This document shows positions 53,058 through 64,000 of a stretch of 64,000 nt of DNA, piece after piece. Location: NCBI GenBank assembly GCA_965219455.1, contig OZ244744.1, forward strand, positions 4,608,001-4,672,000, read 5' to 3'. The notes under the pieces are model-generated. The model searched no databases. It worked only from the letters and a program-made list of their open reading frames with translations, and was not told where the DNA came from. This stretch comes from Candidatus Latescibacterota bacterium (GTDB taxonomy: Bacteria > Latescibacterota > UBA2968 > GCA-2709665). Each line of letters opens with the position of its first letter. Position 1 is the stretch's first letter. A program made the translations under genes and the position numbers.

Positions 53058-53062
53058 TCAGG

Positions 53063-53866
53063 ATGGCCACAGAAATCTCCGCGAGGCCGCGCCAATACTG
53101 GGATAATCACGCGTCCCGGTTCAAGAACAAAAGCCTGGCCGACGCCTACGGACTTCGACCTCCATATCCGGAAGAGACGTACGACATTCTCAGGGACTTA
53201 CTTGGTGAGTCTTCGGGCAGGGTATTGGATGCTGGATGCGGTCCTGGGAAGATCGCGCGGCTGCTTGTGGATTACACGGAAGGCGTGGACGCAATCGACT
53301 TTTCACAGGAAATGATCCGTGTGGGAAAGTCGCTGCGGAACGGTGACCATCCACGCCTCAGATGGATCCACGGACGCGTCGAAGACGTAGAATGGAACCC
53401 GCCGTACTCCCTGGTGACAGCGGGCGCAAGTATTCACTGGATGGAGTGGAGTGTGGTCTTTCCACGATTCAGGAATGCGATGTCGGATGGTGGGCGCGTC
53501 GTCATTATCGACGGAGACCGTCCATTGGAGTCGCCCTGGCGTGAAGCAGAGCTTCAGCTGATCCGCAAGTATTCGACCAACCGGCACTACGAGGACATCG
53601 ATTTGATTCAGGAACTCCGGAACCGTGACCACTTCCTGCCGCTGGGCGATAAGCTGACCAGCCCCGTTCGTTTTTCACAATCGATTCGGGACTACGTCGG
53701 ATCGTTTCATTCGCGGGAGAGTATGTCAGTCGAACACATGGGAGCGGATAACGCAACGGCTTTTGACGCCAGGTTGTCGAGCATCCTCCTCGAGTATGCT
53801 GACGAAGCGGGGATTCTCAGCTTCGATCTGCAAACACGGGTAGCCTGGGGACGGCCGCGCGCCTGA
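53063..53866 (+). CDS. Class I SAM-dependent methyltransferase
   Basis: RPPYP, VLDAGCGPG, ASIHWM. Confidence 0.9.
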   Translation: MATEISARPRQYWDNHASRFKNKSLADAYGLRPPYPEETYDILRDLLGESSGRVLDAGCGPGKIARLLVDYTEGVDAIDFSQEMIRVGKSLRNGDHPRLRWIHGRVEDVEWNPPYSLVTAGASIHWMEWSVVFPRFRNAMSDGGRVVIIDGDRPLESPWREAELQLIRKYSTNRHYEDIDLIQELRNRDHFLPLGDKLTSPVRFSQSIRDYVGSFHSRESMSVEHMGADNATAFDARLSSILLEYADEAGILSFDLQTRVAWGRPRA

Positions 53867-53911
53867 AAAGTGACCCGCGACGCCTAAAGTGTTGCGGAGA
53901 CTGGCAGCTTC

Positions 53912-53990
53912 GGCTAACACGTCCGTGCGCGGGTCGGTGCATACGCACCCTCGCCCAATTGCTTCCGGCAGTTCGCAACGGCGGGGCCGC
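53912..53990 (+). repeat. Degenerate attC-like site
   Basis: GGCTAAC, CCGTGCG/CGCAACGG stem; related to 27715-27795. Confidence 0.5.
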
Positions 53991-54057
53991 CAGCGGTCAC
54001 CGTGTGTTTTGTGTATAGATAGAGCCAAATCAAATGGAACCATGAGGGGATTCAGGG

Positions 54058-55119
54058 ATGGAGCTATCCGATCCAGTTACAAATGTGAAGCAAATCCCGC
54101 CTGCAGCGTTGACCGAAAGACTGGTTCGGAACGGTTTCATACGATCCGGACGGGTTATATCGGTCGAAAAGACGGATTCCTTTGAAACTTCCGCGGCCAA
54201 GTGGGATCGGCTCACCGTTGAATTCAGTGATGATTACGATGGCGATGTATCGGACGCAATAGTCCTGAAGGTTTTCAGAAAAGGATGGTTCGGGGGTGGC
54301 GTGCTCGAGTGGGCTTTTTACAACGAACTTGCGCCAAGTACACCCGGGGCGCATGTCTGCCCCGTTTATGATGGCGGAATCGACCATGAAAATAAGATTT
54401 GCCACCTTATTATGGCCGACCTTTCCAGGACACACACCGAACCGCCAATGAACGCGAAGGATCGCCCCCACGAGCAGGTCGTCGCGGAATTGCTCAAATA
54501 CCACGTTCGGTGGTGGAACCGTCCGCGGCTGGAAACATGGCCCTTTTACGTTCGCCATGGCGGTCCGCTAAGGATGGCGCAGGCCATCGCCGAAAAGGAC
54601 GTTCATGCGAGTTGCCGCGCGTTCGAACCTGCGCTTGAGGATTTCGTGAAAGAGGCAGGCGACGAACTGCAGCCCGCCTGGATCGAGACAACCGAACGGG
54701 CGATTGCAAGGTACCCTAAGGTATTTCTCGCACGCGTCTCAGATGGGCGGAATATCACTTTATTGCACGGCGATGCCCATATGTGGAATCTCTACTACCC
54801 GAAGAATAAGGCGTCTGACAAGCTGATCCTTTTTGACTGGGAGACGTATAAACGCGGCATCGGCGCCTATGATCTCGCATATCTGCTGGTTCATGGTACG
54901 AGTGGGCGGCGCCAATTTGAGAGCGGCCTGATGAACCAGTATTACAATGGACTGATTGCTGGTGGAATCAGCAACTATTCCCGTGACGAATTCGAATACG
55001 ATTTCCGTCTTTCGATCATTTCGTGCATCTTTTGTCCGCTGATCTGGAAGCGAGTGATTTCGATGAAATTCGCAATCGAAGCCTACGTGGATTGGGGTTG
55101 CGAGGAACTCTTGAGATAG
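54058..55119 (+). CDS. Ecdysteroid-kinase/APH-like phosphotransferase
   Basis: VLK, EWAFY, LLHGDAHMWN, FDWE, DLAYLL. Confidence 0.88.
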   Translation: MELSDPVTNVKQIPPAALTERLVRNGFIRSGRVISVEKTDSFETSAAKWDRLTVEFSDDYDGDVSDAIVLKVFRKGWFGGGVLEWAFYNELAPSTPGAHVCPVYDGGIDHENKICHLIMADLSRTHTEPPMNAKDRPHEQVVAELLKYHVRWWNRPRLETWPFYVRHGGPLRMAQAIAEKDVHASCRAFEPALEDFVKEAGDELQPAWIETTERAIARYPKVFLARVSDGRNITLLHGDAHMWNLYYPKNKASDKLILFDWETYKRGIGAYDLAYLLVHGTSGRRQFESGLMNQYYNGLIAGGISNYSRDEFEYDFRLSIISCIFCPLIWKRVISMKFAIEAYVDWGCEELLR

Positions 55120-55238
55120 CCCGGGTATTCAATTGTCTGTCAATGGCCGACGCGCCCATCTTATCCTGTCGCCGAGTAAATTTGCGTCAGACTCGACCTG
55201 CCGCGATCCGGTTCAAATGACAGCTGGAGGAAGGAATA

Positions 55239-56063
55239 ATGAGCACCGTTGATCCGGGCAGAGCCATGACTTTCGTACTTAACGCGAATGATCCCGTTCT
55301 TTCAGGTTTAGCCAAATATGCAACTGGCGATTGCAGTCGTGAAGAGGCAATCGAAGCTCTCAGGATCAATCAGAGAGAGGATGGTGGCTGGACCAGAACT
55401 GACAAGGATTTTCAGGGAGATTTGTCTATCATCACCGCAACATTTGTCGCGCTGCAATGGTTGAACTGGGTTGGAGATCGGAATAGCTCTGTGCTTCTGA
55501 ACACGCTGGACTTTCTCCGAAGAATCCAGCGTGAAGATGGACACTGGGATGAGCCGGAAGAGATTGTCAGTTTCAACCCACCTTTTTGGATGTTGCCCGG
55601 CCGCTACGGGAACCAGGTGTGGTTGACCTCTGCAATATGCTGCAAATTGAAGGAATTAGGCCAGGCACATCAAGTGGATTTTGCAAAAGCACTGGAATTT
55701 GTCCGGCGGGGATGGAACGGCGAGAGATTTCCAGACTACGCGCACACGCATTGGATGGCAATGCCTCTGTTTCGCCTGCAAGGGTCCGGCAGTGGGACAG
55801 ATGAGCAGATTATCAGAGGATGTAAGAAGAGACTGTATGAGGCCGTGGAGAGAGACGAGGCAGATCCTGGAGACATAATCTCGATTGCCTACGCCAGCCT
55901 TCTTGCCGGTAATGTTGCGGAAGACCTTTTTGAATTGTCACTGGCCAGGGTGAAGAGCAATCAACAAAGTGATGGGGGCTGGATCACAAATCATGGAGAA
56001 AAACACCGAGCGAGTTTTACCGTGGAAGCCCTGTTTCTGTTCAAAAAGTGCGGCCTGATATGA
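55239..56063 (+). CDS. Prenyltransferase/squalene-oxidase (QW) repeat protein
   Basis: QREDGGW, QREDGHW, QQSDGGW. Confidence 0.8.
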   Translation: MSTVDPGRAMTFVLNANDPVLSGLAKYATGDCSREEAIEALRINQREDGGWTRTDKDFQGDLSIITATFVALQWLNWVGDRNSSVLLNTLDFLRRIQREDGHWDEPEEIVSFNPPFWMLPGRYGNQVWLTSAICCKLKELGQAHQVDFAKALEFVRRGWNGERFPDYAHTHWMAMPLFRLQGSGSGTDEQIIRGCKKRLYEAVERDEADPGDIISIAYASLLAGNVAEDLFELSLARVKSNQQSDGGWITNHGEKHRASFTVEALFLFKKCGLI

Positions 56064-56087
56064 GTGCCAAACCTGGTTGAGGAAAGA

Positions 56088-56501
56088 ATGAAGACGATCG
56101 TTCGCACCTCAGGGATTCTGATTACGCAGGATGGCCTCTTGCTGGTGAAGTGCGATGGCATCGAGGATTACCTCTTGCCTGGCGGAAAGCTCGAGGACGG
56201 TGAGTCGGATCTGGAATCGTTGCGGAGAGAACTGATGGAAGAGCTCAATATTACCCCCACGGATCCTGAATTCTTCGGCGAATACGAGCATCTGGCCTAC
56301 CCTTCGAAAACCGGTGAGAGGTACCGGGTTAGAGTTCGAGCATACGTAGCAGGTTTTGAGGGAGAACCTGTTCCGGACCAGTACGAGGTGCTCGAAATCG
56401 CCTGGGCATCAATGGAGGATCTCGAATCGGGGAAATATCCACTGAATCCTATCTTGCGGAAGTACATCGTGCCCGAACTTAAGCAACAGCAACGGCTATG
56501 A
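56088..56501 (+). CDS. NUDIX hydrolase
   Basis: PGGKLEDGESDLESLRRELMEEL. Confidence 0.9.
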   Translation: MKTIVRTSGILITQDGLLLVKCDGIEDYLLPGGKLEDGESDLESLRRELMEELNITPTDPEFFGEYEHLAYPSKTGERYRVRVRAYVAGFEGEPVPDQYEVLEIAWASMEDLESGKYPLNPILRKYIVPELKQQQRL

Positions 56502-56502
56502 T

Positions 56503-56669
56503 GACCTTTCGACAGGCTTCGACTACCCTTCGACCCTTCGACAAGCTCAGGGCCCGCAGATTCAGGGCAAAGGCTCAGGCCAGGGCTCAGCGGCCGAGCT
56601 CGCGGTTCAGCGACCGGCGGAATGTTCACTGAAATTGCGTCGGGCTCGCAGCCCGCGGGCACGTTGTGC
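56503..56669 (+). repeat. REP-expanded attC-like site
   Basis: Stuttered TTCGAC / CTCAGG units, GGGCTCAGCGGCCGAGCTCG, ends GTTGTGC. Confidence 0.55.
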
Positions 56670-56707
56670 GCCGTAACGCATTTTCGATGAACCCGGGTGA
56701 GATTCCC

Positions 56708-57400
56708 ATGATTTCGGTTCTGCTGTTCGATATTGGAGAGACCATTCTCGATGCCGGAGGTCAACAGGATGCCTTGATGGAGGCGCATCGTACTACTCTC
56801 GGCAAATTCGGCTTTGCGTTGTCTGTGGACGAGTACAGGCAGTTGGACAGCGACAAGATATCGCAGTTCGTTCCGAGCGCCATGCACGCCATCACGTGGC
56901 ACTTTGCCAGGTCTGACGTGAGTCTCTTCAATGAGATTACCGAGGACGTGCGATCACACTATTCGGAGATTCGGTCTCTCGGGTACCAACTTTATCCCGC
57001 GGTCGCTGTGATTCTGGAGCAGTTGGCCGAAGAATACACGCTCGCGTTGGCTGGCAACGCACCAGCGAGTATCACGGACACCCTCGATGATCTTGGTGTG
57101 TTGCGCTGGTTTCGCCATAGGGATGTGTCAGGAAGCATTGGAATCAAAAAGCCTGATGAACGTTTCTTCCGTACAATTCTCGAAAAGGCCGGATTCTCGC
57201 CTTCGGAGGCGATCATGATTGGTGATCGCCTCGACAACGATATCATTCCGGCAAAGCAGGTGGGCCTCCGGACCATATGGTTTCGGCAAGGCAGATATGT
57301 GGCCTTAGAACCTCGTGTGCCGGATGAACTCCCGGATGTGACAATTTTCGACCTGGAAGACCTGCCCTCGGCGGTCCGTTCGATCGCCGAAACTGATTGA
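56708..57400 (+). CDS. HAD family hydrolase
   Basis: FDIGET, KKPD, IGDRLDNDI. Confidence 0.9.
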   Translation: MISVLLFDIGETILDAGGQQDALMEAHRTTLGKFGFALSVDEYRQLDSDKISQFVPSAMHAITWHFARSDVSLFNEITEDVRSHYSEIRSLGYQLYPAVAVILEQLAEEYTLALAGNAPASITDTLDDLGVLRWFRHRDVSGSIGIKKPDERFFRTILEKAGFSPSEAIMIGDRLDNDIIPAKQVGLRTIWFRQGRYVALEPRVPDELPDVTIFDLEDLPSAVRSIAETD

Positions 57401-57488
57401 ATTTGGAGGGGGCGCTGCGCATAATGCCGCGCTTTCCGCATCCGCAAAAAGGATCAAAGAGCAAGACGACGTATAGAGGCTGATCAAG

Positions 57489-58373
57489 ATGGACGACGAC
57501 GTGCGCGATATCCTGGCAAAGATGGGGTTGTGTGACTCCCATCCGGAGAGGGTCGAGCCAATCCGGAAGAAAAACGGTAACCACCTTTATCGGATCGCAT
57601 TTGAGGGTTCAACTTATGTTCTGAAAGTATTCATTGATCCGGATGCCTCGAGGGAAGTTAGGGCGTACGCGATGCTCAGGGATCTTGGAGTTCCGACCCT
57701 TCGCGTCATTTCGAGTACGAATGATGCGCTTCTGCTTGAGGACCTTTACGCCAGCGAACATCTCAGGCTTGCCTGCCAGGAGGATATCGGAAATCCGGAA
57801 GTTGGCGTCGCTCTAGCCAGTTGGTATCACGCGCTCCACCGTGCAGACTGGAAGTCGTGGACGCGTCACCACGGGCCTTCACTCGTTCGGCGTGAAATTG
57901 ACGAACTTACGCCCGATTCGATCCTGGAGGTGGCGTCCAGGATACGCGGCCCATATCAGTCCAGGTGGGTGACTCTCGCCGACAATATCGACAGAATCAG
58001 GAATGCCGCGATAACTTCCGATGAAACGCTAACTTACAATGATTTTCATTGGACCAATCTGGCATTGTCTCGGAATGCTAAGCCGATCAGGGCCGTTGTG
58101 TTTGACTATCATCTTCTGGGGTTGGGATTGCGGTATTCGGATTGCAGAAACGTGACGGGCTCTCTTGGCCCCGTTGCTGCGGATGCATTCCAATCTGTAT
58201 ACGGTGAGACCGATCCCGGGGAGAAGGTTCTGGACGACTTAATAGCTCCTCTGTATGCTCTGGTTGAAGCCTTCCGTCGGCCCAGGTTTCCGTCCTGGGC
58301 GGAGGAAAGCCTCAAACTTGCAGAGAGTGGGGAAATTCACGGCAGGTTTGAACGGGTTAAAGAGGTTTTGTGA
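57489..58373 (+). CDS. APH-like phosphotransferase
   Basis: YVLK, LLLED, TYNDFHWTN, FDY. Confidence 0.8.
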   Translation: MDDDVRDILAKMGLCDSHPERVEPIRKKNGNHLYRIAFEGSTYVLKVFIDPDASREVRAYAMLRDLGVPTLRVISSTNDALLLEDLYASEHLRLACQEDIGNPEVGVALASWYHALHRADWKSWTRHHGPSLVRREIDELTPDSILEVASRIRGPYQSRWVTLADNIDRIRNAAITSDETLTYNDFHWTNLALSRNAKPIRAVVFDYHLLGLGLRYSDCRNVTGSLGPVAADAFQSVYGETDPGEKVLDDLIAPLYALVEAFRRPRFPSWAEESLKLAESGEIHGRFERVKEVL

Positions 58374-58448
58374 GAGAAGCTTTGGGGTAGGTCCGCTCTA
58401 CAGGCGTTGCGGCGGCTGCGACGCCGAAAATACGGATGTGGCGCGAAC

Positions 58449-59006
58449 ATGGACCGTACGCACTTCGATGCGATCATCTCCAAATACCCTGTCCTGGGCG
58501 AGGAGCAGGGGCAGCTACGTCCCGGTGTCCACTTCCGCAGATTCGAAAACGAACTGGCTTCGACCATTTGCGGCGCATCCTATATCATTCCCTTTGTCTC
58601 GGACAGTCAATGTCTCGTGACCAGGCGGGCCAACGGGAAATGGGTCCTGCCTGGAGGCACCCTCGAACCCGGCGAGAATTGGGAGGAGGCCGGTCGTCGC
58701 GAACTGCTGGAGGAAACCGGGAGCATCCTGGGGAAACTTCATCCGATCGGGATGTATCACTGTGTTTCCCGAGACGACCGCCCCAGGTTGCCCCACTTTC
58801 CCCACCCGGAGCATGTCCGAGTCGTATCGTGGGCGGATGTCGTTCGAAAAAATGAAGACAGGGCAGACCCGGATCCGGAAAGCAGGATTGTGGTGGTTCG
58901 GGCCGTCCATTTCAGACAGGCGGCAGAGCTATTCGGCCCGGAGTCGGCGGACTTCGGGGAACTCTACCGATTCGCTCATGATATGAAGCGTTCCCGGCGC
59001 ACGTGA
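58449..59006 (+). CDS. NUDIX hydrolase
   Basis: PGGTLEPGENWEEAGRRELLEETG. Confidence 0.9.
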   Translation: MDRTHFDAIISKYPVLGEEQGQLRPGVHFRRFENELASTICGASYIIPFVSDSQCLVTRRANGKWVLPGGTLEPGENWEEAGRRELLEETGSILGKLHPIGMYHCVSRDDRPRLPHFPHPEHVRVVSWADVVRKNEDRADPDPESRIVVVRAVHFRQAAELFGPESADFGELYRFAHDMKRSRRT

Positions 59007-59029
59007 AGGTCAAACTGGTGGCTCTCTAT

Positions 59030-59492
59030 ATGGTCTTGAAGCAGCTCTCGGTGTGCGCGCTGAACTTCTCGCGCTGCAGGACTATTCCATAAACTGGGAG
59101 AATATTCCCCTCGTATCCGGAGCCATTATCTGGGATTGGCGCGGCAGGAATAACGCCATCTATCCGGATATGCGATTGGGCCGGGCCGCTTTGAGAGTAG
59201 CCCGTACAGGCGTCTTTCCTCAAAGAGCAACCCTTCTCACGAAAACACAACTTTGACGCTGGTCGTTACCAACCGCCAATTGGAAGCGGGATCTCTCCAT
59301 CAATTGGCTAAACAGGTTCATAGCTCCATGTCGCAGGCCATTCAGCCCTTTCACACCCAATATGACGGTGATATCCTGTATGCCGTTACCACCAACGAAG
59401 TTAAGACAAAAACCCTGGACGAACTCGATATAGGATTTATAGCTTCTGAACTGGCCTGGGACGCCGTGTTAACGTCTTACGGGGACAGTTGA
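59030..59492 (+). pseudogene. Peptidase S58 (DmpA/P1 family) remnant
   Basis: IPLVSGAIIWD...IYPD, then TLVVTN, IQPFHTQYDGDILYAVTT; internally deleted and frameshifted. Confidence 0.7.
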
Positions 59493-59564
59493 TTTGTGCG
59501 AGCAACTGACTTTTGAGAGGAGATGATTCGTGTGGGAAAGTCACTTTCGAAGAAGGAGGAATCA

Positions 59565-60953
59565 ATGCAGTTTCAATTCCGAACGGTCGTGATCCTGGCA
59601 CTTCTATGTGTAATCACTTCGGCGCCGGCGGAAGCCGCGAGAATCATTTCAGGACCGCTTGTGGGCCATACCACGACGACGTCTGCAACAATCTGGGTTG
59701 AAACGGACGCCGCCGCGAAGGTACGTATCGACTACTGGGTCGAGCCTCGGATCATGTTTCACCGCACGTTCAGAGAACCCATGATCCGGGGTTCGGCGGA
59801 AGGAACAACGGAATCGACGACGCCATATACGTGCGCCATCGAACTTTCCGGACTGCCACCCGGGCGGCTGGTCTATTACGATGTCAACGTCGACGGTAAA
59901 TTAGTCCGTCCCCAGACCGTCCAGGTGTTTCCACTCATGCCGCCCGAATCGATCTCCGAAACAGAACCCGATCGAATCACTGAATTCACAGTCGCCTTCG
60001 GATCGTGCAATCTACCCGCGAGAGTGCCTGTTCAATCGATCTGGTCACAGGTTGCGAGGTTCCGCCCGGCCGCCTTTCTGTTTATCGGCGACAACAATTA
60101 CATGCCGGGCAAGGCGGAAGGGTATGATCTCCCCGAAGCCGGCGTCAGAGAGATCATGTCCCTTTACCATCGCAGATTCCGGCAGGTTCCCGGGCTCAGA
60201 GACATCGTCGCCACAACACCCAGCTATGGTATCTGGGACGACCATGACTACGGACCGAACAATTCCGACCGGACATTCAAGTGGCGAGATCTCGCAATCG
60301 AGACGTTTCGCCGTTACTGGCCGAACCCATACGCCGAGTCCTCAGGAGTGCCTGGCGTCTTCCACCGGTTCCGGATAGCAGACGTTGAATTCTTCATGCT
60401 CGACAACCGCTCTCACAGGGACCCAAACGAAGCGGAGGATAGATCCACAATGTTTGGAGAAGGCCAAATCCAATGGCTCAAGGCCAAACTGAAAAGCAGC
60501 ACGGCCACCTTCAAGGTGATCGCTTCCGGGGGCACGGCGGTTGTTGATGGAAGCGGCGAAACATGGTCGAATTTTGGTGACGAACGTGATCGGTTTTTCG
60601 CGTGGCTCTTTGCCGAAGATATCACCGGCGTCCTTTTTCTCGCCGGGGATTGGCACTCGGGCGTACTCCATCGCCTGGACCGCCCGGGGTTTGATTATCC
60701 ACTCTATGAACTCATGAGTTCCAATCTGGCCGTCCGCCGACGCAACCCGGACCCCACGCCCGACGGCAGTAGCAACCGTGGCGGAGGGCGTCAATCGGCC
60801 GCGCCATACGTCAATGACTACAACTTCGGACTGCTACGATTTGTTGGAGAAAAAGGCAAGCGGGAAGTCTATCTTCAAATCGTTGACGACTCAGGCAAAA
60901 TAAGAATCAGCCAGCTACTCTCGGAACAATATCTGAGGGCGATAGCGGACTAA
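59565..60953 (+). CDS. PhoD-like alkaline phosphatase, secreted
   Basis: Signal peptide, FGSC, GDNNY, WDDHD, LDNR, AGDWH. Confidence 0.9.
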   Translation: MQFQFRTVVILALLCVITSAPAEAARIISGPLVGHTTTTSATIWVETDAAAKVRIDYWVEPRIMFHRTFREPMIRGSAEGTTESTTPYTCAIELSGLPPGRLVYYDVNVDGKLVRPQTVQVFPLMPPESISETEPDRITEFTVAFGSCNLPARVPVQSIWSQVARFRPAAFLFIGDNNYMPGKAEGYDLPEAGVREIMSLYHRRFRQVPGLRDIVATTPSYGIWDDHDYGPNNSDRTFKWRDLAIETFRRYWPNPYAESSGVPGVFHRFRIADVEFFMLDNRSHRDPNEAEDRSTMFGEGQIQWLKAKLKSSTATFKVIASGGTAVVDGSGETWSNFGDERDRFFAWLFAEDITGVLFLAGDWHSGVLHRLDRPGFDYPLYELMSSNLAVRRRNPDPTPDGSSNRGGGRQSAAPYVNDYNFGLLRFVGEKGKREVYLQIVDDSGKIRISQLLSEQYLRAIAD

Positions 60954-61055
60954 GGGGCGGGTCCGCAAACCGGAAGACGTAATGTTACATTCCGGACTGT
61001 TGTATAGCCGCGCCGCATCTCAATTCCGCTCCGGAACCAACAGTCTGAGGCAGAA

Positions 61056-61855
61056 ATGGACGATACGAAACCGCTGGCATCGCTCATAGAGGCTGCACGG
61101 GAAGCTGATGTTCACCAGAGTTTCTCTTACCACGGGTGGGTCGTGCCCGAGTACAAATGCCTGTGCATGACGATCTAAAAGTCGCCTGCACGACGGTAAA
61201 GGTGACGCTCTACCATCTGGCTGGGAACCAGGTGCCGACGGAATCGAACCACATCCACGGCCTCGACTTTGGGATGTTTCTCGGCGACTACAGCACTGAA
61301 GAGATCATTGAGATACTGACCTCGCCCGAATGGGTGAGATTCTGCTTTGTCCGGAATCCGTACCATCGACTGCTGTCCGCCTACAAGTCGAAGATCGGAA
61401 ACCCGTCGGACAGCCAGTAATTGTGGCTGCACGATGCGATCCGGGAGAAGTTCAATTACCCTGCCGGGGATGGATGTCATCCTGTCCTGGAAACCTTCGC
61501 TGACTTCGTACATTTCCTGTCAGACTGTGGCGGGAAGGTACGCTATGAGCTGAAGCCGGACGCCATCTATGACGGACACTTCAATGCTCAGACACGGATT
61601 CTTAGGCAGGACTTGATTAACTATGATTTCATCGGCCGTTTCGAGAACTTCGCAGACGATTTCAAGACGGTCCTGACACGGCTGGGCGCTCCGGAGGAAA
61701 CCATCGCCCTTGCCTCGGAGAAGCGGAACGCTACGGCCCACGTGCCACTGAACGCTGCGTACAGTCGCGAATTGGCGGCTCTGACCTATGATCTCCACCG
61801 CGACGACTTCGAGGCGTTCAAATACGACAGGGATAGCTGGTTTTGCGACTCATGA
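61056..61855 (+). pseudogene. Sulfotransferase family 2, disrupted
   Basis: KVACT, FVRNPYHRLLSAY, YDFIGRFE; frameshift near 61176 and TAA at 61418. Confidence 0.8.
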
Positions 61856-61906
61856 TCCGTAGTCCGTTACTGTCTGTGACCAGAAGCCTGACGGCCCCAA
61901 AACACC

Positions 61907-61932
61907 GGGCGCCCACAAGGGGCGCCCCTACA
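61907..61932 (-). repeat. GTAG-type REP
   Basis: Minus strand TGTAGGGGCGCCCCTTGTGGGCGCCC. Confidence 0.7.
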
Positions 61933-62059
61933 AGTCGAGGAGGAATGAGTCCGGGCGGAGGGTGCTTGATTGGGTACCGCAAACTGGCACTTTTGGATAC
62001 GTTTGTAGGACCATCGCCTTTAACGTACCAAGCGACCCGTAAGCCTTTAAAATAAAGCC

Positions 62060-62133
62060 ATCGACAGGCTCTGGCAACCCGCGGAGATTTGGGCGATCCG
62101 CTACGCGGATTCGCGCACGGCTGCACGTTATAC
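62060..62133 (+). repeat. attC-like site (3' part)
   Basis: ATCCGCTACGCGGATTCGC ... GTTATAC. Confidence 0.6.
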
Positions 62134-62388
62134 GCAGGCAGTCAGGTTGTTAGACTCTTGGACTGACTATTGAACAACAACGCGTCTTCCGGAATCACTT
62201 CTGTTGAGCTGTATACACCGGGGGAGCCGTGTAATCCAAACCCAACAGTCGAAGGTAGTTCTGGCCCAAGGCGACATTTCGGAAGGCATTGTCGTCCAGG
62301 TGACGATTTATCCGATTGTTATTTCTTCTCGAGATTAACGGCATTGAACAACGATAGATATTCTGGTTTGAATTCATTGAGGCGACCG

Positions 62389-62925
62389 TTGAAATCTAAG
62401 GTATGGGCTGTTCTGTGCATTTTTGTCCTGGTTTCTTGCGCAACGGTAAAGGCCCGTAAGGAACCACCGGAGATTCGCCCCGAGGAAATTTGCAAAGATC
62501 AGACAACACAGACCAAATGTTGGCTTCCTTTAATATCTCCGACCCCGTGTTATTATTGGCGCACCGATGATTAGAATCACACTGTTACATGGTCGGGAGC
62601 CTGCTTGGGCAAAGTTCCACACGGTAGAGGAACCTTGACGATAACTTGGCTAAAGGTGCCGCCTCCGCCAGATATAAAGGATCTGAAGGATTGGTCTGGT
62701 GTTTGGGAGATATTTTACACAGGATTTATGAATTATGGCCAGCGACACGAGGTGTGGATGGAAGACTCACCTTTGGGTAACTATACTGCAAAACGGACTT
62801 ATAGGTATGGCAAACTGATTAATCATTTGATGCGGAGCACTCCAGGTTCTTGTAGTCAATTTGTGTATAGATCAGGTAAGTCTATTGGTATTCGGAAAGT
62901 AAATCCGATATTGTGTGATTGGTAA
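62389..62925 (+). pseudogene. Cys-rich lipoprotein with internal stop
   Basis: Lipobox LVSC; CYYW..(TAG 62572)..TVTWSGAC...GRGTLT read in frame. Confidence 0.6.
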
Positions 62926-63157
62926 GGCACCATGGTTGAATCAAAACAGACACAGAGTAATTGCCTTGATTCTCCTTTGGGGAGTCGGCTTGTTGATTAC
63001 CGGCGGAATCGCCTGGACATCAGTGTGGGCGGTAATGGGACATTCGCATTAATGTCGGAGTTCCTTACCCTCTATCTCAAATCGTGGGATCTCGCATGGT
63101 CCTTTTCCATTCACCACCTGAAGTTCTGAATCCCGTTGTATGCAATGAGTTCGCGAT

Positions 63158-63715
63158 ATGTCCGAAATTGCAATCCGTGGATGTTTGGTAGATCCGACTC
63201 CTGTCCAACTTGGGCTGATTCGGGAGATTCATGGTGCGTTGACAGTTCGCTTGATCCCGCACTGGCTGGGTGGGGGCTGGGCGGTTGACTTTCTGTTAGG
63301 CGAAGTCTCGCGCTTACACGGCGACATCGATTGGGCAATATGGAAAACAGATGCGCCGGAGGTGACCGCGTGTCTTGGTACTTTGGGGTATTCCAAAAAG
63401 GAAGTCCGGCATCCCGAAGAACATATCGGGTTTTTCAGACTCGATCAGTATGTCAGTTTTGGACTACTCGAGAAGACCCAATCCGGAGACGTGGTCACCT
63501 CTGGCCGTTGGACCGATTGGCCTTATCCGCGTGGAGCCTTTTGTTCACCGGAGGGGCGGCTGGACGACCTATCCTGCCCGATCCTCAGCGCCGAGGCCCA
63601 ACTGGACGAGAAGGTCAACTTCCACAAACACCCTGCTGGCGAACCTCTGAGAGATGTAGATCTTACCGCGATCCAGAAGCTGCGCATGTATATTGCGGCT
63701 CAGCGCCGCAAATAG
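63158..63715 (+). CDS. ANT(2'')/Lnu-like nucleotidyltransferase
   Basis: WLGGGWAVD, RLHGDID. Confidence 0.8.
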   Translation: MSEIAIRGCLVDPTPVQLGLIREIHGALTVRLIPHWLGGGWAVDFLLGEVSRLHGDIDWAIWKTDAPEVTACLGTLGYSKKEVRHPEEHIGFFRLDQYVSFGLLEKTQSGDVVTSGRWTDWPYPRGAFCSPEGRLDDLSCPILSAEAQLDEKVNFHKHPAGEPLRDVDLTAIQKLRMYIAAQRRK

Positions 63716-63930
63716 AAGAAGCGTCACGAAGGGGTTATCACGTCCATGTCCGGTTTCGGGCTGACCCTTCGCGAAACTCCTTCGGGGTTCGGGCAGGGCG
63801 GGACCTCACCGGCAATATCGACGCCGAAAAAGACTGAGGATTCGGCTCATTCCGTGTGCGCAGAGTATCGCAACCAGGAATCCGCAACTCCTGATGGTCA
63901 AACAACCACGCCGGGACGATAGGAGAAGCA

Positions 63931-64000
63931 ATGAAGACGCGTAATGCCTGCCGATCTGCCGTCGGCGTCGCGCTCGCGACAGCGGTCATCCTCATGTGGG
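63931..64000 (+). CDS. Membrane protein, partial (runs off window)
   Basis: RBS aggaga, MKTRNACRSAVGVALATAVILMW. Confidence 0.5.
   Translation, partial: MKTRNACRSAVGVALATAVILMW

Overview
About 55% GC bacterial DNA that reads as a segment of a very large, partly eroded integron gene-cassette array. No integrase gene lies in the window. Roughly 70 short, functionally unrelated genes are almost all on the + strand: phosphotransferases, NUDIX, GNAT, SAM methyltransferases, HAD, VOC, HIT, GrpB, AAC(3), an ANT(2'')-like enzyme, four toxin-antitoxin pairs and several secreted enzymes. About 20 related hairpins with attC anatomy (RYYYAAC ... GGTT(T)GCG ... CGCAAACC ... GTTRRRY) lie between them. The array is heavily parasitised: two tandem IS1182 elements sharing CTAG targets, a 160-bp TTAG-targeting MITE (3 copies, one with a complete group II intron homed into its terminal inverted repeat), a 191-bp IS1380-like MITE splitting a gene, a hairpin-flanked DUF559-derived mini-element (2 copies), and REP-like half-sites embedded inside attC sites. 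Several genes are pseudogenes. All family calls come from motif recognition by eye, not database searches.
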